This document shows positions 37,900 to 51,420 of a stretch of DNA of 64,000 bases, one piece after another. The notes under the pieces were generated by a model. The model had not been told where the DNA came from. It did not search any database and worked only from the letters and a program-made list of their open reading frames with translations. The position numbers and the translations under genes are program-made. The DNA is from the human T2T-CHM13v2.0 reference genome, Homo sapiens, in assembly GCF_009914755.1 (NCBI RefSeq), contig NC_060934.1; one strand, given 5' to 3'. How positions within the stretch are numbered: position 1 is the stretch's first letter; every line of letters begins with the position of its first letter.

Positions 37900-38520
37900 A
37901 GGAGGGTTAGGTACATGTAACAGATACTGAGTTCAGTTCTAGAGAAGTTGAGTTAGTGGTTTCTATGAATATTTCAGCAGAAATGGCCATGAGTTGTCAG
38001 ATATATTCATCTGAAGTTCGGGAATGGTCTAGGCTGACACTTTAGCTTTGAAGTCATTAACCACTAGGTGGTAGTTAAAGCTATGGTAGTGGGCTCAATG
38101 CCTCAAGAGAGTGGGTACAAGGAGAAACCAGGGACTCCTATGGACTCTGCTGAAAACCAATATTCAGATGGCAGGAAGAAATTATGGGACGGACTAAAGA
38201 GAAATGGCCAAAATATAGAAACTAAGGGGAAATATTTTCATGAATGCTGAAGAAAGGGGTGATTAATAGCATCAAATTCTACAATCAGATCAAGTCAGTT
38301 ATGGAATAAAAAACAACCTAGGATTAAGCAATAAAGGAGGTTTTTCATGATTTTTGTCAGAGTAGAATTGAAACAGAGGTGGGGATGAAAGTTAGACTAT
38401 AATAGATTTATAAACGAATGAGCTACTGAATGGATGATAAGCAATGAAATGAAATAGAGACAGTATAGATTATTCCTTTCAAAGAGTAAGATTATGAAAT
38501 GGAGCTGACAGTGTATATGC
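37900..38520 (-). mobile_element. L2 LINE fragment (diverged)
   Basis: gaagttcgggaatggtctaggctga...ttgaagtcattaacc...gcatcaaattctacaatcagatcaagt...ggattaagcaataaaggagg. Confidence 0.55.
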
Positions 38521-38555
38521 AAGACCTTCCACAAGGACAGAGTTGAATGAGAATA

Positions 38556-38613
38556 GATGATGATGATGATGACGACGATGACAACGATGACGACAACTTG
38601 TTGCTGTTGTTGT
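38556..38613. repeat. Compound (GAT/GAC)n-(TTG)n trinucleotide repeat
   Basis: gatgatgatgatgatgacgacgatgacaacgatgacgacaacttgttgctgttgttg. Confidence 0.85.
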
Positions 38614-38957
38614 TTTGTGTTTTTGGAAGGGAATGGATGAGTCTCATTTGTATTTATGCCCTGAAGGGAAAGAATTTCACGCTTCAGATTCAGCAAAGTG
38701 AATATTTGGAAGAGTGAATATTTGTGGGTGGAGAATATCCTATCTAGAGTACAGTTGGTCGGATTCACATGGGCAGCAAGGTGGACCCTAGCCTAACTAC
38801 CAGGTCTTAGATATTGGGAGATAAACAAGTTTAGAGTAAGAATTTTACTGGAAAGCATCGGACTGTAATCAGGAAAGGCTTAGAATTCCCTAATGCCAAA
38901 TCCAAGCTTCAGTCCTTTTGGCAAGGACTTAAGAAGGATTCTCTCAATTTGACCATT

Positions 38958-39035
38958 TTAAGTGAAACCGTATGAAATCGCCATTTTTAGGTCAAAAATG
39001 ATCAAATATTACCAGTTTCTTAAAGCTTAACCTAG
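38958..39035. mobile_element. MADE2-like mariner MITE (about 80 bp)
   Basis: ttaagtgaaaccgtatgaaatcgccatttttaggtcaaaaatgatcaaatattaccagtttcttaaagcttaacctag; imperfect inverted arms matching the recalled MADE2 consensus. Confidence 0.75.
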
Positions 39036-39247
39036 CTTATAGTGAAATAGTTCTACCACTATGATATGGAGAGATTGTGCATATAAATGTTGAAAAGATG
39101 CATGGAGCCATTTGTAAGAGGAGCGCTCTCCCACCTCAAGGATGAGCTTGTAAAAGTTCCCAGTGTAATTGTTTCTTATCCTTTTACTACTGATTTATAT
39201 AGTTTTTTGGTAGTATCCAAAGACTAGAATTGCTTGATATTAATGAT

Positions 39248-39475
39248 AGTCAGTATTTATTAAGGGACTTTCCAGGCACTGTTCTAAACCATTTACATGA
39301 ATTATCTCATTTAATGCTTGCCCAACCTATGTATGTAGGTACCTTTTTATCACCCACTTATAATGGCATCAAAAAGCAAACATGTTAAATACCTTTCTCA
39401 AGGCTAGACATGTATACCTGGCAGCACCAAGTTCGATTTCTGTCATGGATGCTCTTCTGTTCTGGCTGCTAATTT
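39248..39475 (-). mobile_element. MIR SINE
   Basis: tatttattaag...ccaggcactgttctaaaccatttacatgaattatctcatttaat...gttaaatacctttctcaagg. Confidence 0.75.
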
Positions 39476-42400
39476 TCTATATACTATAACAAGTACACCT
39501 AGGCTTATGACATAGTCCCTGCCCTCCAGGAGACTATACTCAAGATAAGGTGTTTAGGCAGTACATGTGTGACTAGAAGTGAAAGCAATGTCTGCTAAAG
39601 GATGCCAGCTGTGTGTATTGCTGGAATACTGAAGCCTGGTGTGTAAGGAGCCTGGCATCCTTCTCTCAAAGTTCAGCCCTCATGTCATCTCCTGCAGCAG
39701 GTGATGTGAGGGCTGACCTTTGAGAGAGGGATACTAGGATTTACAGGAGAGGTGAGAGGCAAGCCAGGGAAAGAAGAAACTTTGACCGAAGTCCAGAATT
39801 CAAGTAATGTAGGGAGTGTTCAGGGTACTATTTGATTGAGACCAAAAATGTAAATAGAGGTGGGTAGGACTCAGACGAACTTACATGCCAGTTTAAGGGA
39901 TTAAAGTTGGTCTGGTAGGTAATTTTTTCTGCTAACAAAACCCATCTGCCTCTGTAGAGGAAAGAGCTATCTCTATTGTGGACTGAGTAGGACTTGCACT
40001 CTCAGAGAAGACAGCTTGAGTCTTAAAACAAGCTTGTTTTTAAACCAAGCAAGGCAATGTTTCTTAGCTCCCATCATGTTAAAAACTTCCATCTAAATCT
40101 TCATAAGAGAGTTGATAAATGTCCTACAGACAGACTTAGCTGGCCTGGTTTCTTCCCTATAAGTCCTGGAGAAGAGGCTAGCAACCGACCCTTAAACTTG
40201 GCCATCACTCTCCTTGATTGTGGTAGGGACCTAGCATGCACTTAATCATTGATTCTTAAAAGCATTCTGCAGAAGTTTCCTTGTGCTGAGGAAAGAAAGA
40301 GTTTATTTTTGTCATTTCCTTTTGGTGGTAGAAGAGAAGAGCATATTTGACATGGCAAGAGTACATGGAAGAGAGTGTTGGTTTTGTCAAATATTGGCAT
40401 CCTTACATCTAACCGTCCAGTCTGATCCACAAAAGTTTATCTCCAAAGACTGCCTCACTTCCAAATGGAGTACTTGTCTGATTATGCCTGGAAGGAAACC
40501 ATCCAAGTTGGGAAAATTACTCAATATTCATTTAGGGATATTTATGTAGGACCAAATCATGACTCTCAAAGTCATCACTACTAAGTTTGAGTTTTCCCTT
40601 GTTCAATGTAATATATCTCTTTTCTTGGTAAAAATGTTTATAGAGTTCAGAAAAAAAAAAGAACTGCACTGCCACTGAATTTCCTCTTATAATAACAATG
40701 ATAATATCACCCTCCATTTGTTTGGCTGTTCTAACTTACAAAGTATTAAGAATGATTTTTCAAACTAAGCTTTTGAAATGGCATTATCCCATTTATAGGA
40801 TGTTGATACTGCCATTTGTCATAAATGCTACAAATGTTTTCTTGAACATGACAGAGACCATGATTTTTGCTTACTTGCCTTTCTATGAATGCCATTCTCT
40901 AAAGCAATCCCTCGAAGGGGTTAAATGCCAGCTGTTGAGTATATGTGTTAGAAAACAACAGCAACAACAACCAACTCATTTGGGAATTATCCTTTGCACT
41001 CCTCTTTCAAAGGCTAAGTGAGTGTTTTGTAAGGGCTTGACAATGTTATTATCATCAATGTTTTCTTATGAAATTGTTGACTGATCTTGTCTCCTGCTTG
41101 TGAGATACAAGCTTCTGAAACTTAAGCCAGCTTTTTCTTCACTAGGAGCTTCTAATTAAGTGACAACCCTCAAGGTAAACAAAGCTCATTTTAAGAGGAA
41201 GATAGGTTAGGTAATCAGTTCATTGCCATTTTCTGTCATAGATCTCAGACTGACATTGTTTTATATACAGATGTATGTATATTAATATTCGAATAGGAAA
41301 AAGACACCAGATTACCCACTGGGATGTAGTGGCTCTCAGATTTAAATAATAGCTACATCACCTTTAAGAGAAAATAAGAGTAATAATTGAAAAGCTGGGG
41401 AAACTTTAGCTAGGCTAACTAGGCATGTTGTTTCCTACAAATTGAAATGATAGGTAGCCAGATAGGCGTGAACGCAAAACAGCATACAAATGAATCCATC
41501 TGTTTGTGACCATGTACATTTGGATGCATTGAGATTAGAACTAAGTGCTATTTCAGGGAAACCCTCCATCTCCTTTGTACCTGAGAAGCATTAGAGTGAG
41601 ATAAACAATGGGCCCCCACTGAATAGAGAGATCTGATGAAAACTCACAATCGGCAGAGCACCTAATGGGCAGGTAGACGAGGGTGTGACTGTTTGCTTAG
41701 CCCTGACAAGCTGTCAGTGTCTCTCAATGGGATGTTCTTGGAAACAGAAAGGAAAACATCACCTGGCCTTTTGTGTTTCTTTGGTTGTTTGTGCTAGCAT
41801 TTTGTTCAGAGAAACTTTCAAATGAAAACAATAGTTCCAAACAATACATGTCTCTGAAAAGCAAAAGTGCATGTACTGTTCTGAAGAACTTCCAGGTGGC
41901 TAAAATGCTACCACCTCATGTACTGGGGATAAAATGAAATGGAGCAATACACCTTACCAGAGGGAGGAACATTGATTCTCAATGACCACTGTAGCTCTCT
42001 ATTTCTGTGCTAGAGACTTCTGAGGAGGATTCTGATTGTTATTGGCAGATTCTATTCCTTTTAGTTTATGTCATGTTAGTATCATAGTCATAGACACCTG
42101 AAGTAGGAAAAGGTCTTATAGAAGTCCTTTAAACTAGTATTATACCTGGTGTAGCTGATAGTTTTGTGACACCCCCAAAAAGTTACCTCACTTTACCAGA
42201 ATATCACAGTGCTAATTGACCTGCAAATGCCCACCTTACGTAGTTCCCATCTTGTATAATGGCTTTAGTTGTTAGAAAGATTGTTTTTCATGCTGAGCAA
42301 TAGTAAATCTACTTGTAATCTCTGTGCATTGACCTGTAATCTGCCACTCAGATCTATGCAGAATAAGCCTGCTACAGAGTTACGTATGATTTTTAGAAAA

Positions 42401-43387
42401 GTACAGCTGGGAAGGACCTCAATGTATTTCTTAGAAATACCTTAGGCTAGAAAAGCCTTTTTAAGTTCTGGGAAATGACATGATATGCAACTCAAGACAG
42501 ATTTTATTCATTTGTTCATTTATTGCATACATATTTGTTGAGCATATGTTATTTATCTAGCGTTAGAATAGGGGTTGGGATACACTGTTGAATGGTAGTG
42601 TGTACTTGGGAACTTATATTCTTATCCACAAATATTTGACTGTTCTCTTTAGAAGGGTCACATGGAAATCTTTATTCTATCTGTATGTTATTCCCTTATT
42701 CTATCTGTATGTTAAATAATTAATAGTTCCACCTATCTAACTACATTCTGTCTAATTTCCTTCACTGACATTATCCCTTTCTGGTAGTCGATAAATAGCC
42801 CTTTAAAATATTTGGAAACTTTCTCATTTACAAAAATTAAGATGCAATGGTAATTAATTCAGTTTTTCTTCTTCTTTTTCCCTAAGCTGCCTAAAATTCA
42901 TATAACCTGTTTCTAGAACCATTTGCTTTTTACCTTTAATTACTCTTATTGTCAGTTTTTCTACACTTATTAAAATTGAACATAGTATTTAGGATTGGGT
43001 AGAAGGATGATTTCTTTTCTTATGCTTGTAATATATCTGTGAGCACATCCTACACTCACGGTGGCTTGATTACCTCTCATGATAGTGGCATTGCCAGAAA
43101 ATATTTAACTTGTAGTTGACAAATGACTCCAGTTTCTTTCCAGCTTTATATATTTTATTAGCTAATTTCATTTCTCTAGTGGTAGGTCTTGGTGTTTTTG
43201 TTTTTTTTGTATTAAGTATTCTGCTTTAAGTTGTTTCTGTCTTATAAATGACTTCCAAATTTACATCCCTAATTATGATGAGAAATCTAGATCCATCCAT
43301 CAAAAGGTCTTCTTAACAATATTACAGTATGGAAGTCCAAAAAGCATCAATCTTGACATGGACCAAAACAGAAACAAACAGATGTTA

Positions 43388-43582
43388 AACAAAAATTAGC
43401 TGGGTGTGGTGGTAAGCGCCTGTAGTCCCAGCTTCTCAGGAGGCTGAGGCAGGATAATCGCTTGAACCCAGGAGGCAGAGATTGCAGTGAGCCGAGATCG
43501 ACTCACTGTACTCCAGCCTGGCAACAGAGCGAGACTCTGTCTCAAAAACACAAAAAAACAACAACAAAAAAAGAAAGAAACC
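43388..43582 (+). mobile_element. 5'-truncated AluS (right arm only, Sc-like), within L2 sequence
   Basis: acaaaaattagctgggtgtggtgg...ccagcctggcaacagagcgagactctgtctc plus an A/C-rich tail. Confidence 0.9.
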
Positions 43583-43599
43583 AAAAAAACTGCTTCTTC

Positions 43600-44405
43600 T
43601 GTTCTTCTAATTTCCCCCTCAATTGTTTAACACTCCCCCAAATCAATATTTTCCATGACTTCTTTCTTTTGCTCATGCAACCTCTATATATTTTGTTACC
43701 AAATTCATTGACTTCATCTCTAAAAATAACCTAAATATTTCCATTTTTTTTCCACTATTAATAATCTTCATCCAAGCCCCATCTTGGTGTGGTCTCTTAA
43801 ATTACCACCCCTCCCCAACTCATTTCCTTGAATCCACTTTGGGTGTTGACAATCCGTTTATCACAGAGAAGTGAAACTTGTCTTTTAAAGCTTAAATCAA
43901 ATTATATTATTTCAACTGAAAATAAGGTCCTTCATGATTTGACTTCTGCCTTATTTTCTTCTACTAATTCTTTCAACTAATCCCTTTTCACACTAAGCTA
44001 CAGCCACTGACCATCTTTCTGTTCTTCTCACAGGGCAGCTTTTTCATATTAGACCTTTCCTCTGTAATGGTTTTCTCCTGAATCTTTACATGGATACTTC
44101 CACTTATCATTTAGATTTCAGTGTAAATGTCACCTACATAGAAAGGGCTTTCTTAAATTTTTAGTAGAAAGTAGCTGTTTGGTGACTATCAAATCACCTT
44201 ATTTTAGTTGTTTCCATGATATTTATTTCTAACTCATAGTTTTGCATTTATTTATTTCCAAATTGTTCATCTCCTCACACTAGAAAGTAAGTTCCGTGGA
44301 AGCTAGGACCTTTCCTTTTCTGTTCATTTCTGTATCCCTAGAACTGAGGTCACTGCCAGATCAGGCACATAGTAGTAGGCATCAGTAACATTTTGATAAA
44401 TTCAT
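43600..44405 (+). mobile_element. L2 LINE 3' region
   Basis: cactaagctacagccactgacc...aaatgtcacct...ctagaaagtaagttccgtggaagctaggacc...ttctgtatccctagaac...ggcacatagtagtaggcatcagtaa. Confidence 0.65.
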
Positions 44406-44965
44406 TTTATTTGACTTTGATTCTGTAGTCCTATGTTGCCACTATTTGGAGATCAATTGGAATTTTACTTCTGTCTCCCTGAGTATTGGCAATCCTACTG
44501 ATTTCAGTTTCCCTGTGGAGCTATTAAGGAATTCACAGTTCCTTTGTCTTGGCCATTAATGAGCTACTGACCTGAGGAGGAGAAGGTACATCCCTTGGGG
44601 ATACCATTCAATATAGAATTCAATATACAATATATCACCTCAGGATATTTGAAAACTTCTAGTCATCAAAATAATAATAATAATAATAATAAGTTTCACA
44701 AATGGCAGCCTATCCAGACCCAAATATTTTATAACTAAGAGATTAAGTTTTCTAATGTTATTTTTTTTGGAGTTTCTTTAGGGAGTTTTATTCTTCATAA
44801 CTGCCTCAGTGTGAGAATAAAGTGTTAGAAATCGCTGGTCTCAGATCGCCCTAGCTCTAGAGTCCTGCCCACTTGCTTGTGCTTACTTATGTCATCTTTG
44901 GGCTTCAGTTATTGTCTATGCTACCTTTTCTACCTGGACGTTGTTGTTTATCATCCTTCCTTTAG

Positions 44966-45586
<621 letters not shown>

Positions 45587-46495
45587 CATGCTAACCTTTT
45601 ATTGATAAGGAAATCCTGAGAATGAGACAGAGAGAGGCCTTAAATTCACTTTGGCTTTCATCTGCCAAGACAAAAACCAATTTACCCAAAGTCGCCAAAA
45701 CAAACCAAACAAAAAACCCAACTAATACTTTCTTACCTTCCGGACTTATTGGCCAGAGTTGACTTGTTAGTAGCCACGACACACTCTGAAACAACTATGA
45801 TTATTTTAGGAACTGACGGACTACATGGTAAGAAAAGTAAAGTTCATTTCCAATTATACATGTTTTCACTTTTGAAATGAGAAACCTGTTTCTTTGACAA
45901 GCAATTTAGATATGCCCAACTTTCTTGGGGCTAGTTTAAATGATTATTTAGCCTTCAATATATTTTTTTAAAAGGCTGAAATAATCAAGTCCTTAAAATT
46001 CAAGACAGATGATGATAATTTAGAAACTCATGAAGATGTTTATGGCAGACTGTCTGCATTTCATTCGTGAACATGGATCAAGGTATACCATAAATGCAAA
46101 AATTGTCTGAGAGACTGGTTACTTTAGCTGGGTTAAGAGATTGACTTTATTATTGTTTTTAATCTGTACATTAGGACAGAGAGGATAAAATAGAATAAAA
46201 TAGAGAGAGACAGAGAGATAGAAAGACAAAGAAGTAAGTGAGTAGAGAGTGAACCATGTAGGCTGGCTGCTAATGGGGTGGTAATTCACACCCAACTTAT
46301 GAGTGCCAGTATAAGTCATGCTTGAGAAATGATTGGATGGATTTAAAGAGGGCCCGTCATTATTCCTTATTATTTCATTCATGTATTCATTTAACATGTA
46401 TATAGTATCAACTATATGCCAGGTTTTCTGTTAAATACTAAGAATAGAAGAATTAACGGTATGGTGTTTGACCTAAAAAAAATACTCCCAGGTTA

Positions 46496-46803
<308 letters not shown>

Positions 46804-46806
46804 CAT

Positions 46807-47143
<337 letters not shown>

Positions 47144-47148
47144 TTACC

Positions 47149-47226
47149 ATTATATATATTATATATATAAATATTATGTGCATATATTAGGATTTATGTG
47201 TGTGTGTGTGTATACACACACACATA
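47149..47226. repeat. (TA)n / (TG)n-(CA)n simple repeats
   Basis: attatatatattatatatata...tgtgtgtgtgtgtgtatacacacacacata. Confidence 0.85.
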
Positions 47227-48298
47227 CTGTGCGGAGCATTGTAAGAGAGATATATTTGTGTTATATTTGTTATTAAGGGGTTTTTCAATGATAAGACATA
47301 CATGATCTCTGAACTCGCAGAGTTTATAATCTTGAGTTGAGATATTCAAGATCAGTTAAGGAGTCAGTAGTCAGCACTATGATAGGAGAAGGCCTGGGTA
47401 TTATAGGAACATACAGAAGGGAATTTTAATCCTAAATTATGGAAATAGAGTAGAATTAAGAATCAGCCAGAACAAAAATGAACCTATGATAGAGGATCCT
47501 ATGATAGAGGATGAAGAAACTAAGGCTGTCTTGGGAAAGAAGGGATGCTGAGAAAAGCTTCTCAGAGGAGATGGTCCTTGGGCTATGCCCCCTGGTTAAA
47601 TCAAGGGGCAGAAAGGTCCTTGATAATATCAAGAAAGGAAAGGAAACAAGCACTCAGAATTGGTCAAGTCTCTTCCACTAGTTACATCTCTTTAAAGCAT
47701 TGCAGGTTCTGTTTCCACAAGGGGCCAGACCTTCCTCTTACCTTTGGATGAAAGATGAGGCAGTGTTGCTCAGAACATCTCAGACTCTCAGTGGTCATCC
47801 CTAAAAGCCCCTTAAAGTGGCACTGGGGAGGGAAAATGGTCCTAACATCTGTTTTGAACAAATAGAAAATTGCTGTTTGTAAGGTTTGATCTGAAAGACA
47901 AACCCCCTCCCTTTCCATTGGGTCCACCAGCCTTACTCAGTTTGTGTCAGAACCTCCAAGGGCTGAATGGATTGTGCTGTAAATTGAACCTCAGGTTCCA
48001 TTCTGAGTACTTGAAACGTGACATTCCATCCACTAAGCCCTCCTGCTTGGGCTGTTTGTCGATTCTAATGTGTTGAAATATATCTGCAACTCTAGGTGCT
48101 GTCTCCGCCCAAGTCCAGAAATGCAGTTTTGATCAAATCTCATAATAATATGGGGAGATGTTGAAGATTAAAACCTATTGATAATCCACACTGCCAGAAA
48201 GCAAGATACAGAGGAAAATTTAATAACCTGAAAAACGGTTACAGAAGAGTGTGGCTTTATTTTCAGCTGTCTTTTTTGTGTACTTGTTTCCAACACAG

Positions 48299-48406
48299 GG
48301 TGAGTTTTGATGAGGGCCACTCTTGGGACAAGTATGGTTTCACTTCGGTTCCTCTCTTTGTTGACGGGGCTCTGGTGGAGGCAGGAATGGAGACCCACAT
48401 CATGAC
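48299..48406 (+). CDS. SORCS3: SORCS3 coding exon G (108 nt, phase 2-2; probably exon 14)
   Basis: tacttgtttccaacacag|G GTG AGT ... ATG AC|gtgagt. Translates (W)VSFDEGHSWDKYGFTSVPLFVDGALVEAGMETHIM(T), with Asp-box SFDEGHSW. Phase matches exon F. Confidence 0.96.
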
Positions 48407-48813
48407 GTGAGTACTTCTTTTGCTGTGACAGGAAGAAGACCAGAGACACTGGTTCTACTTTCATTGAGGCCTTGGATTTTTCCCAGGGAACCCTACACCA
48501 AAGTGGTCCAATCTCTGGGCCAAAATTTCCTCATCTATAAAATGGAAATACTTATTTTTATACCTACAAACTCAAAAAGCTACTGCCAGGATTAGGGAGG
48601 CTAGGGTCCTAATTGAACAGTCAAGGTTTCTAATAGAATTTAAAGAATTATAGCAAATTCCCATTTATTTAAAACCCAAGCAAACAGAAAACTTATGTCG
48701 TTAGATGGTTTTTTTCTCTTTCCAAAACAGTCTAGTGGGAGATAAGGAGCAGGGGCAGGGATGGAGGGAGTAAAACAGTCAACTTATTGAAATCAGAAAT
48801 ATTGTAAGAGATG

Positions 48814-48867
48814 TCTCTTTCTCTCTCTCATAGACACACACACACACAAACACACACAGACACACAC
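48814..48867. repeat. (CT)n(CA)n microsatellite
   Basis: tctctttctctctctcatagacacacacacacacaaacacacacagacacacac. Confidence 0.85.
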
Positions 48868-50819
48868 TCCACAGTTATTTTGCTTCAGATTATTTCACTG
48901 TAAATTTTTTTCTATACTCTTTTATAATGAGATTTAATCTTAGAAGTTGATCACCTGTGTTTATGTGTGCACATGTGTACATGGTGAGTGGGTAACCGTA
49001 ATCCTCCACCAACCAATACTGTCCCCCACCTCCCCTACTCCCATTTGGCTGGAGAACCTTACACCTCAGCTCTTCACTGGACAGAGTGGAGTCTTGTTGG
49101 GCAAAATTAAGGGATATTTGCTACAGTGTGGAGTTGGCACAGAAGGGCTCACAGCGTGCATCTGTGCTGGTTCGGTGGAAGGGTGTATGATCTTCCTACG
49201 CTTAGGGACACTGCTCTTGTTTTAACTTTTGTACACATAGATTTCTTTATAGTTTGAATTAGTCTTTTTCCAATGGTGATGGACTTGGAAGAAAGGCCAA
49301 TCTAGGAGCCAATAAGTGATCAGTTATAAAAAAATTCTTTGTAACTGTATTTATGCAGTTTTGATCAAATCTTATAGTTTGGCCCCATTCTCGTCTATGA
49401 GGCCTATTTGAACTCATTGCATCTTCTTTTGGGCATTACTTTGAACAACATCATGTGTATGCCAATCTCTACATGACCTGGTATTCCCTAGCAAGTTTAA
49501 GGCCACAGCTTAAGTTCTGTGTTCATCTAATCTTAAATGGTAATAATTTTTTTCTCAGCTTCAGATGGAGTTTAGCTGGTCACATGGATATGAGGGAGAT
49601 TGACCTCAGAGCCAAACCATTTACTGAAAAGATGAGATAGCACTCCTGTTTTCCTTTCCTCCTGGCCAAGACTCCCTAAGAGCTTGACAGAGCTTCTGTG
49701 CCTGTTTTATTTTCTTATCAAGATACTTAGAGAATAGAGCATAATCATTTTCTTATAGGGGATCTTTTTATGAAATTAAGATGGATCTTGGAAGTATTCA
49801 TCAAAATGAATATAAACAATTCAAGTTACCTGTTTTCACATTTTGTTAAATTCAGAGTTTCTTTTGTATGAAAACAACACAGATTTTGTCAGGACTCTTC
49901 AGATAGCTGGACAAGCCCTGGAAGGGTTGCCAAGAGGTGATTTCTATCTCTATTCTAAATTTGAAAATGGTATTGAAACCAACTGGCCTACTAGGGTTGC
50001 CCAGTTGTGGAATGGCAATGGCAAAGATTGAAATAGGAGTTTTAAAATATTATGTATTTCTGTAGGAACTGTGAAGACAGGGAGTCCATTTGGGGACAAG
50101 AATGCTTAGCTTTGCCGTTGAATTGAAAACTTATTAATAAAGTAGGTCATTCAAATACTGTGTATCCTTCCCCTTACTGTTAACCCTGATTCTCTCTTTA
50201 GCTCTGTGTGGTCAGGGAGAAAAAACAGCCACTCTAAGGTTCTGTTGCTTTCTCTTATCCATTGATTTGGAGAATTTATATATTTAACAGTTAGAGAGCT
50301 TCTAATATATATCAGACCTTGTTAGAACTTAGGAGATTTTATAAAGGCAAATGAAATTATTTGTCTGCAAGGAGCTCTCAGACTTAAGTGGTGAGAGTAA
50401 GTGGGGATAAAGTAATCATCATGGTACCCTAGTTATACAGCCAGGAGATAGCAGAGGAAAACGAAGAATTCACACACACAGTAGGTGACAACTGAGTTGG
50501 TCTGGAAGTTTTCATAGCAGTTCACAAGTGGAAAACCATATAATAGAGAATGAAATGTAAGTTCCAAGAAAGCATAGATTTTTAACAGTTTTATTCACTA
50601 ATATAAACTCAGTGCTGAAAGCAAGGATTGGCATGTTGTAGGAAGTCAGTAATCGTTGAATGAATGAATGATTCCAAGGCAAAGGAAAGAACACAAACAA
50701 AGGTAAGAACCATGAAAGAGGGTGGCTGGGTGTTAAGGGAGTAAGACTATGAAAGATTTTAGGTCACATTTAGGAATTTGACCTGTATCCAGAGTGATAT
50801 TTTTGAAATTAAAAAATCT

Positions 50820-51420
50820 GATCAAATCACCAGTTTTCTTAAAACCCATGGAGCCCTTTCCATTGCCTTTAGGATAGAGTCTAAACTCATAGAATGGCCT
50901 ACAAGTATCTATATTGACCACCTGCTTGGGGCTTTTTCTCCAACCTCCCTGACCTGACCACCCTTTTCTGATGCACTGGTGCCTTCCTGCCCCCAGGTTC
51001 TTTGTATCTGCCAGAATGGGCCTGCCTTCCCTACTTAAACAACTAAATTTCTAAGTATCTTTCTGATCTCAGTTTAAATATCAGTTCTCATAGCCTGCCA
51101 GATCAGGATGGGTTCCCACGCTCTATGTTATCTGGCCTTATTTATTTTTTCCTTCACAGCACTTTAGATAATAAATGTTAATACAAAGGGTATTAGTTGT
51201 TGAATATCTTTCCCCTCCATCTTCATCTACCCTTAAGACAGACATGTGGATGCACACACATGTGCACACGTGCACAGACATCCCTGCATGTGACTTTAAG
51301 TTCCCATGAGGGAGGATCTTTGTGTATCTTGTTCTTTCAGTGCCATATATTTACCAGGCTTGTGCTAACATGGAGGATTTAACAGTATATATGTACTGGA
51401 TAAATGAATTATTAAATGGA
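50820..51420 (+). mobile_element. L2 LINE 3' fragments
   Basis: cttaaaacccatgg...cattgcctttaggatagagtctaaactc...tctcagtttaaatatca...ttcccatgagggaggatctttgtgt...ggataaatgaat. Confidence 0.6.
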
